The notes under the pieces are model-generated. The model was given only the letters and a program-made list of their open reading frames with translations, ran no database searches and was not told where the DNA came from. Below, in pieces: positions 45,492-54,650 of a DNA stretch of 64,000 nt. The stretch is from Caulobacteraceae bacterium. GTDB taxonomy: Bacteria > Pseudomonadota > Alphaproteobacteria > Caulobacterales > Aquidulcibacteraceae. The stretch is from the NCBI GenBank assembly GCA_009773335.1, contig WRPF01000009.1:7109-71108 (forward strand), given 5' to 3'. The position numbers and the translations under genes are program-made. Every line of letters starts with the position of its first letter. Within the stretch, counting starts at the first letter, position 1.

Positions 45492-47834
45492 ATGCGGCAC
45501 AAGGAGCCGGTTGCCTGGACAGGACTGATGCGCGCTTCGCACCTTGCGTTCACGATTGCGGCCCGCTGTGCGGCCTTGTGTGCGGCGTTCGCGCTGGTCG
45601 CTCCCGCGCGTGCGCAGGAGCCGGAGGCGTGGGTCGCGCGCGCGGAGCATCTCGTCCGCGTGATTCATGCCGACAATCTCGTCGTCACCGACAAGGTCGA
45701 GGCCGAGCGGCGGGCCGCCGTGCATCGGCTTCGTGGCGAGGCGTGCCTGCAGGCGCTTTACGACCTCGCCGCCGACGCCCATGTCGCCTCGGACAAGGAC
45801 AAGGCCGCCGCCGCCCTCGCCGCGCTCGAGCGGGTGATCGTCGCGCAGAAGAGCACGCGCTTCCTGCGCATGGCTTCGATGCTGCACGCTTACGCGCCTG
45901 TGCTCGACGGCGACTACGTCGCAGCGCGCCGGAATCTCACCGCCGCGCTCGCCGCCGAACAGGATCTCCGCGTCCGCGCAGCGGGAGAACGGTTGCTGTC
46001 CTATGTGCTGACGGACATGGGACTGTTCGGCAATGGACTGGAAGCGGCCCGGGCGGGTCTCGTGCACCTGCCGGAAGACGAGTCGACAAGCTCGCTGCGA
46101 TCGGGCCTGCAGGACGCCATGTCGTACAACGCCATGAAGATCGGCGACAATGACGCGGCGGTGACCCACTTGCTGCGCTCCATCGAACTCGACGCCGCCG
46201 CCGGCCGGCCGGTCGACGGCGTGACCGCTGCGTACAATGTCGTCGGCATGCTGGCGGGATCCGGTGCGACGGATGCGGCATTGCGGCTCTACCGGACGCA
46301 GACGGAACTCGCGCGACGGTCCGGCTCGAAGGTCGAAGCCTTTTTCAGCAACCTGCTGTGCGCGCGGGTGAATTTCGCCGCCCGCAGGTACGCCACCGCC
46401 CTTGCATGCGCTGAGGCAGGCCGGCGCGTCGCCAGCGCGCCGCCGGAATACTTCGTGAGCATCCTGACCCTGCGCGTCCACGCGCTGGCGCGCCTTGGTC
46501 GCGGCCGTGAAGCGCGCCAGGCGCTCCGGGAGCTGCGCGCGCTGTCGGCGTCGCGGGCCGATCCAGGACTGATGGAACAGATCAGCGCGATCGAGCCGGA
46601 CGTGCTGCGCGCGGAAGGGCGCCTGCCGGAGGCCTATGCGGCGATGCGTTCGGTCTATGAGACCTCGCAGAAGAACACGATGCATCGCTTCAACGACGGC
46701 GTGAAGGAATTGCGCGCTACGCTTGAAAGCGAAGTGGCGCAGGCAGAGGAGCACGCGGCCGCGCAGGAGGTGCGCACGGAGCTGCAGGCGCGCACGCTCG
46801 AGAAGGTGACGCTGGGCGCCGTGCTCGCCGCAGTCTGCCTCATCGGCATGGGCGTGATCGCCTTGCTGATCTACCGCAGCCGCCGCGACATGCTGCGCGC
46901 CGTGGAGCGGGCCGAACGCGTACTGGCGCGGCGCGGCGAAGGCGCTTCGCCGGAACTGGAAATCGCGGACGCTGTCGTCAGCAACAAGCAACGCCTCAAC
47001 AATCTCCTCGACGAGATCGAGCGGCGCGATGTCGAGATGGAGCGCATGTTCCGCGAACTCGGGGACGCGCGCGAAGCCGCCGAGGCGGCGAACGTCGCGA
47101 AGTCGCGATTCCTGGCGACCATGAGCCATGAGCTGCGCACGCCGCTCAACGCGATCATCGGCTACAGCGAGCTGCTCATGGAAGCCGACATCGACGACGC
47201 GTCGTACGGCGCCTCCAGCGACGCGGACCTCAAACGCATCCGCAATGCCGGCACGCGGCTGTTGTGCCTCGTGAACGACGTGCTGGATCTGTCCAAGATC
47301 GAGGCGGGCGGCCTTGAGCCATTGGCCGGCACGGTGGACGTGGACGCGCTCGTCGCCGACGCGATCGCCACCGTCACGCCGCAGGCCCGCAGCAACGGCA
47401 ACGTCATCTCGCTCGACGCGCCGGCGCCGGTCGGCATCGCAGAGACAGACGCCTTCAGGCTCGGCCAGTGCCTGCTCAATCTCCTGTCGAACGCCGCGAA
47501 GTTCACCAGGGACGGCCGGATTTCAGTGAGCGCGCGGCGTGTGACCGACGTCGATGCGGACTGGCTTGAGTTCCGCGTCGCCGATACCGGCATCGGCATC
47601 TCGGCGGAGACGCAGGCGCGCCTCTTCCAGCCGTTCGTGCAGGCCGATGCGTCGACCACGCGGGCGCACGGCGGCACCGGCCTTGGCCTCGCGATCACGC
47701 GGCGTCTGGCGCAGTTGCTTGGCGGCGACGTCACGCTCGAAAGCGAACTCGGGAAAGGATCGCTCTTCACGCTGCGCGTTCCGGCGATGCTGGTGAAGTG
47801 CGAACAAGACGCTGAAATCCGCGAAGCCGCCTGA
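45492..47834 (+). CDS. sensor histidine kinase with large periplasmic helical-repeat (TPR-like) domain
   Basis: H-box [20 protein letters not shown]-box [13 protein letters not shown]2 [20 protein letters not shown]1 [21 protein letters not shown]2 [21 protein letters not shown]. Start uncertain (ATG 45357, 45444, 45492 or 45528). Confidence 0.85.
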   Translation: MRHKEPVAWTGLMRASHLAFTIAARCAALCAAFALVAPARAQEPEAWVARAEHLVRVIHADNLVVTDKVEAERRAAVHRLRGEACLQALYDLAADAHVASDKDKAAAALAALERVIVAQKSTRFLRMASMLHAYAPVLDGDYVAARRNLTAALAAEQDLRVRAAGERLLSYVLTDMGLFGNGLEAARAGLVHLPEDESTSSLRSGLQDAMSYNAMKIGDNDAAVTHLLRSIELDAAAGRPVDGVTAAYNVVGMLAGSGATDAALRLYRTQTELARRSGSKVEAFFSNLLCARVNFAARRYATALACAEAGRRVASAPPEYFVSILTLRVHALARLGRGREARQALRELRALSASRADPGLMEQISAIEPDVLRAEGRLPEAYAAMRSVYETSQKNTMHRFNDGVKELRATLESEVAQAEEHAAAQEVRTELQARTLEKVTLGAVLAAVCLIGMGVIALLIYRSRRDMLRAVERAERVLARRGEGASPELEIADAVVSNKQRLNNLLDEIERRDVEMERMFRELGDAREAAEAANVAKSRFLATMSHELRTPLNAIIGYSELLMEADIDDASYGASSDADLKRIRNAGTRLLCLVNDVLDLSKIEAGGLEPLAGTVDVDALVADAIATVTPQARSNGNVISLDAPAPVGIAETDAFRLGQCLLNLLSNAAKFTRDGRISVSARRVTDVDADWLEFRVADTGIGISAETQARLFQPFVQADASTTRAHGGTGLGLAITRRLAQLLGGDVTLESELGKGSLFTLRVPAMLVKCEQDAEIREAA

Positions 47835-47846
47835 CAGTCGCGACGC

Positions 47847-48962
47847 CTACAGCGACCCGTAGACCGCCTCGATCAATCGCCGTGCGCGCGGATCGCCCTG
47901 CAGGTAGTGGTCCTGGCGGTTCATCACGTAGGCGCACGACATCTTCGCATCGGGATCGCCTAGCCCCATCGATCCGCCCCATCCGGAATGCGCGAGCGTA
48001 TGGGGGTTCGGCCCGTAAACGCCGCCCACATTGCGCATCACGCCCGCCGCAAACTGCACGCGCGCGGGAAGCACGAGATCGTCGTTGTCGATCCGCGTCC
48101 TCGTCAACGCCTCGAACGCCTGCGGGCCGATCAGCGTCTCTGCATTCAGCTGTCCGCGCCCGGCGTAGACGTGATAAAGCTGCGCCACGGAAAGCGCCGT
48201 GCCGTGGCCGTTCGCGGATGGAATCTCGATGCGCCGCCACAGCGCGCCGCCGCGATCGGGCGCGGACCATCTGGTCAGGAAGGCGATCTTCTTCAGCTCG
48301 GTCAGCTCGCCGAGTTGCGGCGAGGTTTTCGGTTTCTGGATTTCCGCGCAGCGGTCGTGTTCCTCGTCGGGCAGGCCGATCCAGAAATCGATCCCGTGTG
48401 GCTCGCAGAAATCATCCGCCAGATGCTGGCCGAGAGATTTCCCTGTCGCGTGCCGCACGATCTCGCCGGCAAGGTAGCCCCAGGTCAGCGGGTGATAGCC
48501 GCTGGCGGTTCCGGGCGGCCACAACGGCGCAAGCGGCGCGAGTGCGGCCGCCAGCGCAGGCGGATCGAGCCAGAGCGCGGGATCGATCTCCTCGCGAAAG
48601 CCGCACAGCCCCGCCTGATGCGAGAGCGCCTGCGCCAGCGTGATGCCTGCTTTTCCGTTCGCCGCGAACTCGGGCCACACGTCCGCCACCGGCGCCTCGT
48701 AGTCGAGCCTGCCCTCGTCGACGAGCCGCGCGATGACCAGCGCCGCGATTCCTTTCGTCGTCGAATAAACCGGCGTCAGCGTGTCGCGATCCCACAGGCG
48801 CGACTTGCCGCGATCGGCGTAACCGCCCCAGAGTTCGACGACGGTTTCGCCATCGACGATGGCCGCGAAACTCGCACCGAGTTCGAGGCCGTCCTCGAAA
48901 TTGGCGGCGAATGCCTCTGCGACCTTTTCGAACCCGGGCGCGACGGAGCCTTGCGTGAACAT
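47847..48962 (-). CDS. serine hydrolase, class C beta-lactamase/esterase family
   Basis: Start at ATG 48962 (MFTQGSVAPGFEKV...). SxxK motif YSTTKG. 371 aa. Confidence 0.85.
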   Translation of the reverse strand: MFTQGSVAPGFEKVAEAFAANFEDGLELGASFAAIVDGETVVELWGGYADRGKSRLWDRDTLTPVYSTTKGIAALVIARLVDEGRLDYEAPVADVWPEFAANGKAGITLAQALSHQAGLCGFREEIDPALWLDPPALAAALAPLAPLWPPGTASGYHPLTWGYLAGEIVRHATGKSLGQHLADDFCEPHGIDFWIGLPDEEHDRCAEIQKPKTSPQLGELTELKKIAFLTRWSAPDRGGALWRRIEIPSANGHGTALSVAQLYHVYAGRGQLNAETLIGPQAFEALTRTRIDNDDLVLPARVQFAAGVMRNVGGVYGPNPHTLAHSGWGGSMGLGDPDAKMSCAYVMNRQDHYLQGDPRARRLIEAVYGSL

Positions 48963-49071
48963 GATGCTCTCATGCCGGGAAGTTCGTGCGGCGCCAAGAC
49001 CACAGCCGCTCCTTGCGGCGAGCGGCCCGAAGGGCCACATCGGTCCCCTCGCAGCGGGGAGAAGCCTCACC

Positions 49072-49578
49072 ATGACCAGCACAGCGATTTCGGGCGCGTG
49101 GAAGGCCGCCGCCGTCGGCGCAGTTCTCGCGCTCGCCGCATGCGGGCCCAACGAGCGCGAGGTCGGCGGGTTCTCCAACGACCTGCTCGGCAACGAGATC
49201 AAGATCGAGGCGCTGAAGGATCCTGCCATCCCGAACGTGGTCTGCCACATGGCGTATTTCGAGCGCGGGGTCGTCGACCGGGTCAGCAAGGGCAACTGGT
49301 TCGAGGATCCGTCGAACTCGTCGGTCTCATGTCAGCGCACGGGGCCCATCGACCTCAAGGGCGTCGATCTCGGACGCAGCGGCGACGAGATCTTCAGCCA
49401 GCGCATGAGCCTCTTTTTCAAGCGCACCGCGGTTCGCCGCATCGTCGATCTGGAGAACCGCTCGATCCTCTACGTTTCGCACTCACGCGAAATCGTGGAA
49501 GGCTCCGCGAAGATGAGCATTTCCAGTGTGCCGCTCACGGAAGCGGAAGTCGCCGCCACGCGCGCGCTGCAACGCTAG
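49072..49578 (+). CDS. creA: CreA family protein (lipoprotein signal)
   Basis: Start at ATG 49072. LALAACG lipobox. Colinear with E. coli CreA as I remember it (IPNVVCHMAYF..., SVSCQRTGPI, VEGSAKMSISSVPL). Confidence 0.75.
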   Translation: MTSTAISGAWKAAAVGAVLALAACGPNEREVGGFSNDLLGNEIKIEALKDPAIPNVVCHMAYFERGVVDRVSKGNWFEDPSNSSVSCQRTGPIDLKGVDLGRSGDEIFSQRMSLFFKRTAVRRIVDLENRSILYVSHSREIVEGSAKMSISSVPLTEAEVAATRALQR

Positions 49579-50405
49579 CCCTTGTAGGGCGTCGCTGTCG
49601 GCCATGTGTCGGGGTGCTCAAGTTTTTCCTGCGCGTCGATGAGCGCGAGGTGCGGGCCGCCTTCGAGCGCCGAGCGTGCGATCACGTCGTGCGTCGCGCC
49701 CGCCGCAGCCTCAAGCGCCATCACGACGCTCTGGCCCAGCGCGCGACGCGCAATGAACAGCGCGGTGAAGAGATCGCCTGCGCCCTTCGGCGCACTGGCG
49801 ATCTTCGGCGTCTCCACCAGCCACGTCGCTGCGGGCGAAGCGTACAGAACGCCGACGCCCTGCGCGCTCGGCGCCGAGGTGACGATCACAGGCTTCCCGA
49901 AGGAACGCGCGCCCGCGTGCGTGGTTTCCAGCGTCGGCAGCTTCGTATCGGCGAGGGTTTCAAGCTCCCAGTGGTTCGGCGTCAGGATGTCCGCAGCGGG
50001 CGCGAGGCGCTTGCGCATCGCGTCGACGATCTCGGGCTTCACGAACATGGCCCCCGCATCGCCCATGACCGGGTCGCACACGTACTGCGCGCCCGGACTG
50101 GCGGCCTTCACGCGGCGCACGGCTTCAAGGATCACCTCCGCCTGCTCGGGCAGGGCGATATAGCCGGAGAGCACGTGGCTGACGTTGGCGAGCGCCCCGT
50201 CGGCGTCGAGCGCCTCCAGCATGGTGGTCAGGACGGTGGCAGGGATCGGGCCCCCGCCGGGGGCGCCCCGGTCCGGGCGGCGTCCGAGGATGGCGGTCGG
50301 CATGGCGATCACCGGCACGCCGAGGCGCTCCATGGCGAACCCCGCGACCGAATTGCCCACACGGGCCCCGGCGACTTGCGATTGGATGGAGAGAACGGCT
50401 TTCAT
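49575..50405 (-). CDS. pyridoxal/pyridoxamine kinase (PdxY/PdxK family)
   Basis: Start at ATG 50405. VLSIQSQVAGARVGNSVAGFAMERLG, DPVMGD, GAGDLF. Confidence 0.85.
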   Translation of the reverse strand: MKAVLSIQSQVAGARVGNSVAGFAMERLGVPVIAMPTAILGRRPDRGAPGGGPIPATVLTTMLEALDADGALANVSHVLSGYIALPEQAEVILEAVRRVKAASPGAQYVCDPVMGDAGAMFVKPEIVDAMRKRLAPAADILTPNHWELETLADTKLPTLETTHAGARSFGKPVIVTSAPSAQGVGVLYASPAATWLVETPKIASAPKGAGDLFTALFIARRALGQSVVMALEAAAGATHDVIARSALEGGPHLALIDAQEKLEHPDTWPTATPYKG

Positions 50406-50459
50406 GGGTGCGCCGCAGCATTCGCCCGTCGCGGGAATTGTTTCAAGGGAAGCGCCGAA

Positions 50460-51335
50460 ATGTCCGCACTGAGACCCCGCCGGTCCTGCCTCTACATGCC
50501 CGGCGCCAACGCCAAGGCCCTCGACAAGGCGCGTGGGCTTCCCGCGGACACGCTGATCTTCGACCTCGAGGACGCGGTCGCGCCCGAGGCCAAGGCCGAT
50601 GCGCGCGCCGCGATCGTCGCCACCATGGCTGCCGGCGGCTACGGCAAGCGCGAGATAATCATCCGCGCCAATGCGCTCTCGACCTCCTGGGGCCATGACG
50701 ACGTGAAGGCCGCGGCCCAGGCCAAGCCCGACGGCGTCCTCTTCCCGAAGATCGACGGCCCCGCCGACATCGAAGCCGCCGACAAGGCGTTGCGCGACGC
50801 CGGCGCGCCGGAAGACACCGCCATCTGGGCGATGATCGAGACGCCGAAGGCGATCCTTTCGATCGGCGAAATCGCGCGCTGCGCCGAACGCACGCGGCTC
50901 ACCACCTTCGTGATGGGCACCAACGACCTCGCCAAGGACATGCGCGCCGCGCAGACGCCGGACCGCCGCGCATTTCTTGCAGCGCTTTCGCTGACGGTGA
51001 TCGCGGGCCGCGCCTACGGCGTCACCCTGATCGACGGCGTGTACAACGACATCCAGAACACCGAGGGCTTCGAAGCGATCTGCCGTCAGGGCCTCGCGCT
51101 CGGCTTCGACGGCAAGACCCTCATCCACCCGAGCCAGTTAGACGCCTGCAACGCGATCTTCGCGCCGACGGCGGACGAGGTGACGTGGTCGCGCAACGTG
51201 ATCGCCGCATTCGCCGATCCCGCAAACGCCGGCAAGGGCGTGCTCAAGGTCGACGGCAAGATGACGGAGCTGCTGCATCTGGAAATGGCCAAGCGCACCG
51301 TGGCGGTGGCGGACGCGATCGAGGGGATGTCGTGA
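50460..51335 (+). CDS. HpcH/CitE-family CoA-ester lyase, malyl-CoA lyase/thioesterase (Mcl2)-like
   Basis: Start at ATG 50460 inside the 1115-aa track ORF. SCLYMPGANAKALDKARGLPADTLIFDLEDAV, WAMIETP, GFDGKTLIHPSQ. Confidence 0.8.
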   Translation: MSALRPRRSCLYMPGANAKALDKARGLPADTLIFDLEDAVAPEAKADARAAIVATMAAGGYGKREIIIRANALSTSWGHDDVKAAAQAKPDGVLFPKIDGPADIEAADKALRDAGAPEDTAIWAMIETPKAILSIGEIARCAERTRLTTFVMGTNDLAKDMRAAQTPDRRAFLAALSLTVIAGRAYGVTLIDGVYNDIQNTEGFEAICRQGLALGFDGKTLIHPSQLDACNAIFAPTADEVTWSRNVIAAFADPANAGKGVLKVDGKMTELLHLEMAKRTVAVADAIEGMS

Positions 51336-51346
51336 AGTGCGGCGCT

Positions 51347-51439
51347 CTCATCCTTCGACAGGCTCAGGATGAGGAACTCAGGCCTTGAGGTGGTGGAGGC
51401 TTCGCTAGGCCCCTCATCCTGAGCCTGTCGAAGGATGAG
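51347..51439. repeat. nested palindromic element: perfect 28-bp inverted repeat with 37-nt spacer, each arm containing its own 7-bp hairpin
   Basis: Read directly. ctcatccttcgacaggctcaggatgagg (51347-51374) is the exact reverse complement of 51412-51439. Within each arm, ctcatcc pairs with ggatgag. Confidence 0.9.
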
Positions 51440-51450
51440 GGAGCTCCGAA

Positions 51451-51798
51451 GTGCGCGTCTTCGTCTACATCCTGCGGTGCGCTGACGGCAGCTACTATAC
51501 GGGCAGTCACCGTGGTGACGATCCTGGCGCACGCGTCGCGCAGCACAACGCCGGCGTGCACAGCACCGCCTACACATACACGCGCCGTCCCGTCGAGTTG
51601 ATCTGGGCCCAGGACTTCGAGCGTTACGACGAGGCTGTCGCGGCTGAGCGGCAGGTCAAGGGGTGGAGTCGCGCCAAGAAGGAAGCGCTGATGAGACGCG
51701 ACTGGCCGGAATTGAAACGATTGGCGAAAGGACGTAGTGGGCCGGGCGGGCCGACGCTGTTCGAACGAAATCTCGCGAAGGCGCTTGCGGAGCGACGA
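51451..51798 (+). CDS. GIY-YIG nuclease-superfamily protein (small URI-domain type), no stop codon of its own
   Basis: GTG 51451 after a GAGGGAG SD. VFVYILRCADGSYYTGSHRG...RVAQHN...AERQVKGWSRAKKEAL. The frame continues without a stop into the next gene (track ORF 51451-52848). Confidence 0.75.
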
Positions 51799-52848
51799 AT
51801 GAGCACCAAATCCAACCCCGGCAACTTTTTCGAGGACTTCAGGCTCGGGCAGGTGATCCGCCACGCGACGCCGCGCACGGTGACGGGTGGGGACGTGTCG
51901 CTGTACACGGCGCTGACGGGGTCGCGTTATGCGCTGTTCTCGGCCGATACGTTCGCGCAAGGCTGCGGACTGCCGCGCGCGCCGGTCGATCCGCTGCTCG
52001 CGTTCCACATGGTGTTCGGCAAGACGGTGCCGGATGTGTCGCTGAATGCGGTCGCCAATCTCGGCTATGCGGAAGGGCGTTTCCTCACGCCCGTCTACCC
52101 GGGCGACACGCTCACCTCGTCGTCGGAAGTGATTGGCCTGAAGGAAAACGCCAACGGCAAGACCGGCGTCGTCCATGTGCGCACGACGGGCGTGAACCAG
52201 CGCGGCGAGACCGCGATGTCCTATTGCCGGTGGGTGATGGTGAACAAGCGCGATGCGGGTGCGCCAGCGCCGGAAGCGGTCGCGCCGAAACTCGCGGCTG
52301 CGGTGGATGCGAAGGATCTCGTCGTTCCTGCGGGCCTTGATTTCGGCGCTTACGATTCTGACCTGTCCGGCTCCGCGCATCTCTACGAAGACTACGCGAC
52401 TGGCGAAAAGATCGATCACGTGGACGGCATGACCGTCGAGGAGGCCGAGCACCAGATCGCCACGCGCCTCTATCAGAACACCGCGAAGGTGCATTTCGAT
52501 GCGCTCGCGCAGCAGGCCTCGCGCTTCGGCAAGCGGCTCATCTACGGGGGCGTGGCGATCTCGACGGCGCGCGCGCTCGCGTTCAACGGCCTCGCCAACG
52601 CCGCCTACACGCTGGCGATCAACGCGGGGCGGCACGTCAATCCGCTGTTTGCCGGCGATACGGTCTACGCGTGGTCGGAAGTCCTCGATCGCGCGGAGCT
52701 TTCACCCTGCGTCGGCGCGCTGCGCCTGCGGCTCGTGGCGACGAAGAACAAGCCGTGCGCGGACCATCCGTACAAGAACGATGACGGCGAGTACGATCCC
52801 GCCGTGATCCTCGACTTCGACTACTGGGCGGCGATTCCGCTCAGCTAG
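51799..52848 (+). CDS. MaoC-family enoyl-CoA hydratase, mesaconyl-CoA hydratase (Mch)-like
   Basis: Internal ATG 51799 with GGAG 8 nt upstream. MSTKSNPGNFFEDFRLGQVIRHATPRTVTGGDV... and 349 aa fit the two-domain MaoC hydratase of the ethylmalonyl-CoA pathway, as I remember it. Confidence 0.75.
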   Translation: MSTKSNPGNFFEDFRLGQVIRHATPRTVTGGDVSLYTALTGSRYALFSADTFAQGCGLPRAPVDPLLAFHMVFGKTVPDVSLNAVANLGYAEGRFLTPVYPGDTLTSSSEVIGLKENANGKTGVVHVRTTGVNQRGETAMSYCRWVMVNKRDAGAPAPEAVAPKLAAAVDAKDLVVPAGLDFGAYDSDLSGSAHLYEDYATGEKIDHVDGMTVEEAEHQIATRLYQNTAKVHFDALAQQASRFGKRLIYGGVAISTARALAFNGLANAAYTLAINAGRHVNPLFAGDTVYAWSEVLDRAELSPCVGALRLRLVATKNKPCADHPYKNDDGEYDPAVILDFDYWAAIPLS

Positions 52849-52852
52849 CGCG

Positions 52853-53701
52853 TCACGGCAGCCAGAGCTCCATCGTGCCGGCGGGCAGGTTGCGGCCCTC
52901 GCCCACATAGGTCGGCGTGACCTCGACGGTCGTCCCGGCGGCGGCGAGCGTGTGCTCGATCTCGTCGGCGAGCCGCTGCGCATCCGCCGCCTGAGTTTCG
53001 CGATAATAGCGCAGCTGCGGGGCTTCGACCTTGATCGGCACCTGCTCGATGCCCGGCGCATTGTGCCCGGCCTTGCGCAGGGACTCCTGGATTGCGGCCG
53101 CGTTGGGCCGGCTCTCTTCCGCCGAGATCTGGATATAGATTCTGTAGACGCCTTCCTGGATCTGGCGTGCGCGCGACACCGGCAGGTTCGCCATCCGGTC
53201 GTAGCGGTTGCGGAAGTAGGCGCCTGGATCAATCTGGATCGTCGGCAATTGCGCCTGTTGCTGCGCCGCGGCGTCCGGCGTCGCCCCCCCCGGCGCGCGG
53301 AGGGCGGGCGGAAGGGTAAGCGAGCGCGTCGCGGTTCCGGCCGGCGCCTGCGTCGCTGACTCTTCCGTCGCGGGAGCTGCGGCGTTCGCGGCTTGCTGTT
53401 GCTGTTGCGCAACCACCTCGACGCTGTCGCACTGATTGGCGCGTTCGCCCACGTGCTGTTCGATCTTGGTGTAGACCCGTGGATAGGTGTTCTCGATCAT
53501 GCCGAGATTGAGACTGGCGAGCTGCGCATCCGTACACGGATCGAACGTCGCCTGGTTCTGCAGGTAGAACGTGACGGCCTCGAACTCACGCTGCTGCTGG
53601 TCGCGATAGTATTGCAGGCCGCCGAACGCAGCGCTGACCAGTGGTACGAGCGTGAGAATGGCGCCCAGCTGAAGGCCGCCGCTCTTGGTTTGTTCAGTCA
53701 T
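52853..53701 (-). CDS. membrane-anchored hypothetical protein (Gln/Ala-rich linker, C-terminal LytR_C-like domain?)
   Basis: 282 aa, AGGGGAA SD. Contains one TM (LQLGAILTLVPLVSAAFGG) and a low-complexity AQQQQQAANAAAPA stretch. The C-terminal assignment is weak. Confidence 0.6.
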   Translation of the reverse strand: MTEQTKSGGLQLGAILTLVPLVSAAFGGLQYYRDQQQREFEAVTFYLQNQATFDPCTDAQLASLNLGMIENTYPRVYTKIEQHVGERANQCDSVEVVAQQQQQAANAAAPATEESATQAPAGTATRSLTLPPALRAPGGATPDAAAQQQAQLPTIQIDPGAYFRNRYDRMANLPVSRARQIQEGVYRIYIQISAEESRPNAAAIQESLRKAGHNAPGIEQVPIKVEAPQLRYYRETQAADAQRLADEIEHTLAAAGTTVEVTPTYVGEGRNLPAGTMELWLP

Positions 53702-53743
53702 GATTTTGTTCCCCTGATGCCCTGCAGTTTGTCGCGCGACGGC

Positions 53744-54541
53744 TTACACGCCGGCCGCGCCGCCCCAGATGCCCTTCGCAATGCCCAGTTTGAGCTGGCG
53801 GTCAGCCAGTCCGTTGAGACCGCCGTTGATGCGGCGCGTGATGGCGTTGATGTCGTCGGCGTCGGCGAGCTGGTTCATCGTCGTGCCGCTGCGCGTGGTG
53901 CGCTTCCAGTATTCGCAGGCGATCTTCACCGCGTTCTCCGGGATGGCGGCGAGTTCGGGATTGTTCTCGAGATCGAGGCCAAGCGCGGCGCCGTAGGCGC
54001 GGTAGTTTGCGCGGCCGGTGAGCTGGAACACGCCGCGGCCCTTGTAGCGACGGCCATCGCCGGGCTGGGTGTTGCCGAGCGCAACCCGGCCTTCATAGGC
54101 GTCGCCGCTGGCGTATTCCTGCATGGTGCGGAAGTTGTCGCACTCGTGCGCGCACTGGGCCATGAAGTGCGAGATGCGCAGCCCGGTGTTGATCTCGTAG
54201 CGCGGCAGCTCGCGCTGGAATCCGGCGACGAGGCCGGGCAGGAATTCGCGCTTCGGGTTCTTCGCCAGCTTGACGATGTCGGCCTCGGTCACGGTCAGGT
54301 CACGCCGGCCCGTCGCGGGCGGAGCATTCAGCGGCTGGATGTGCGCCGCGGCGACGTACCCCTGGAACGTCATCATGTGCAGGTCCGCCTGCACGCGGAA
54401 CCAGCCATTGCCCCAGTTGCGGGCGTCGAGGCGCGTCACGAACTGGCCGCGCGGCAGGACCACGAGCACTTCGGCTGCGGCGTCCGGCAATTCCCGCATG
54501 TTCAGGCCGCTTGCGGCCACGACATAGACTTCCCCGGTCAT
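53744..54541 (-). CDS. SH3b-domain plus GH19-type (chitinase/lysozyme-like) cell-wall hydrolase
   Basis: Start at ATG 54541 after a GAGGGGAA SD. N-terminal LNMRELPDAAAEVLVVLPRGQFV is SH3-like. HFMAQCAHECDNFRTMQEY...YKGRGVFQLTGRANY is GH19/COG3179-like. Confidence 0.8.
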   Translation of the reverse strand: MTGEVYVVAASGLNMRELPDAAAEVLVVLPRGQFVTRLDARNWGNGWFRVQADLHMMTFQGYVAAAHIQPLNAPPATGRRDLTVTEADIVKLAKNPKREFLPGLVAGFQRELPRYEINTGLRISHFMAQCAHECDNFRTMQEYASGDAYEGRVALGNTQPGDGRRYKGRGVFQLTGRANYRAYGAALGLDLENNPELAAIPENAVKIACEYWKRTTRSGTTMNQLADADDINAITRRINGGLNGLADRQLKLGIAKGIWGGAAGV

Positions 54542-54650
54542 TGGGTTCCCCTCAAGCGCATTCTGGCGTCTCACCCAAGCCTAGCATCGCGGCGATGGCA
54601 GGACGAGAGGGTGTTTTGTTCGCGTTGCGGGCGAGCAGGCGTAACCCGCG

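Noticed and set aside
47988-50459. The N-terminal 824 codons of the 1115-aa + strand ORF 47988-51335.
   Set aside because: Only the last 291 codons (from ATG 50460) encode the CitE/Mcl2-like protein. The upstream part is the in-phase antisense of the serine hydrolase (47847-48962) and pyridoxal kinase (49575-50405) genes, and it translates to Arg-rich low-complexity sequence.
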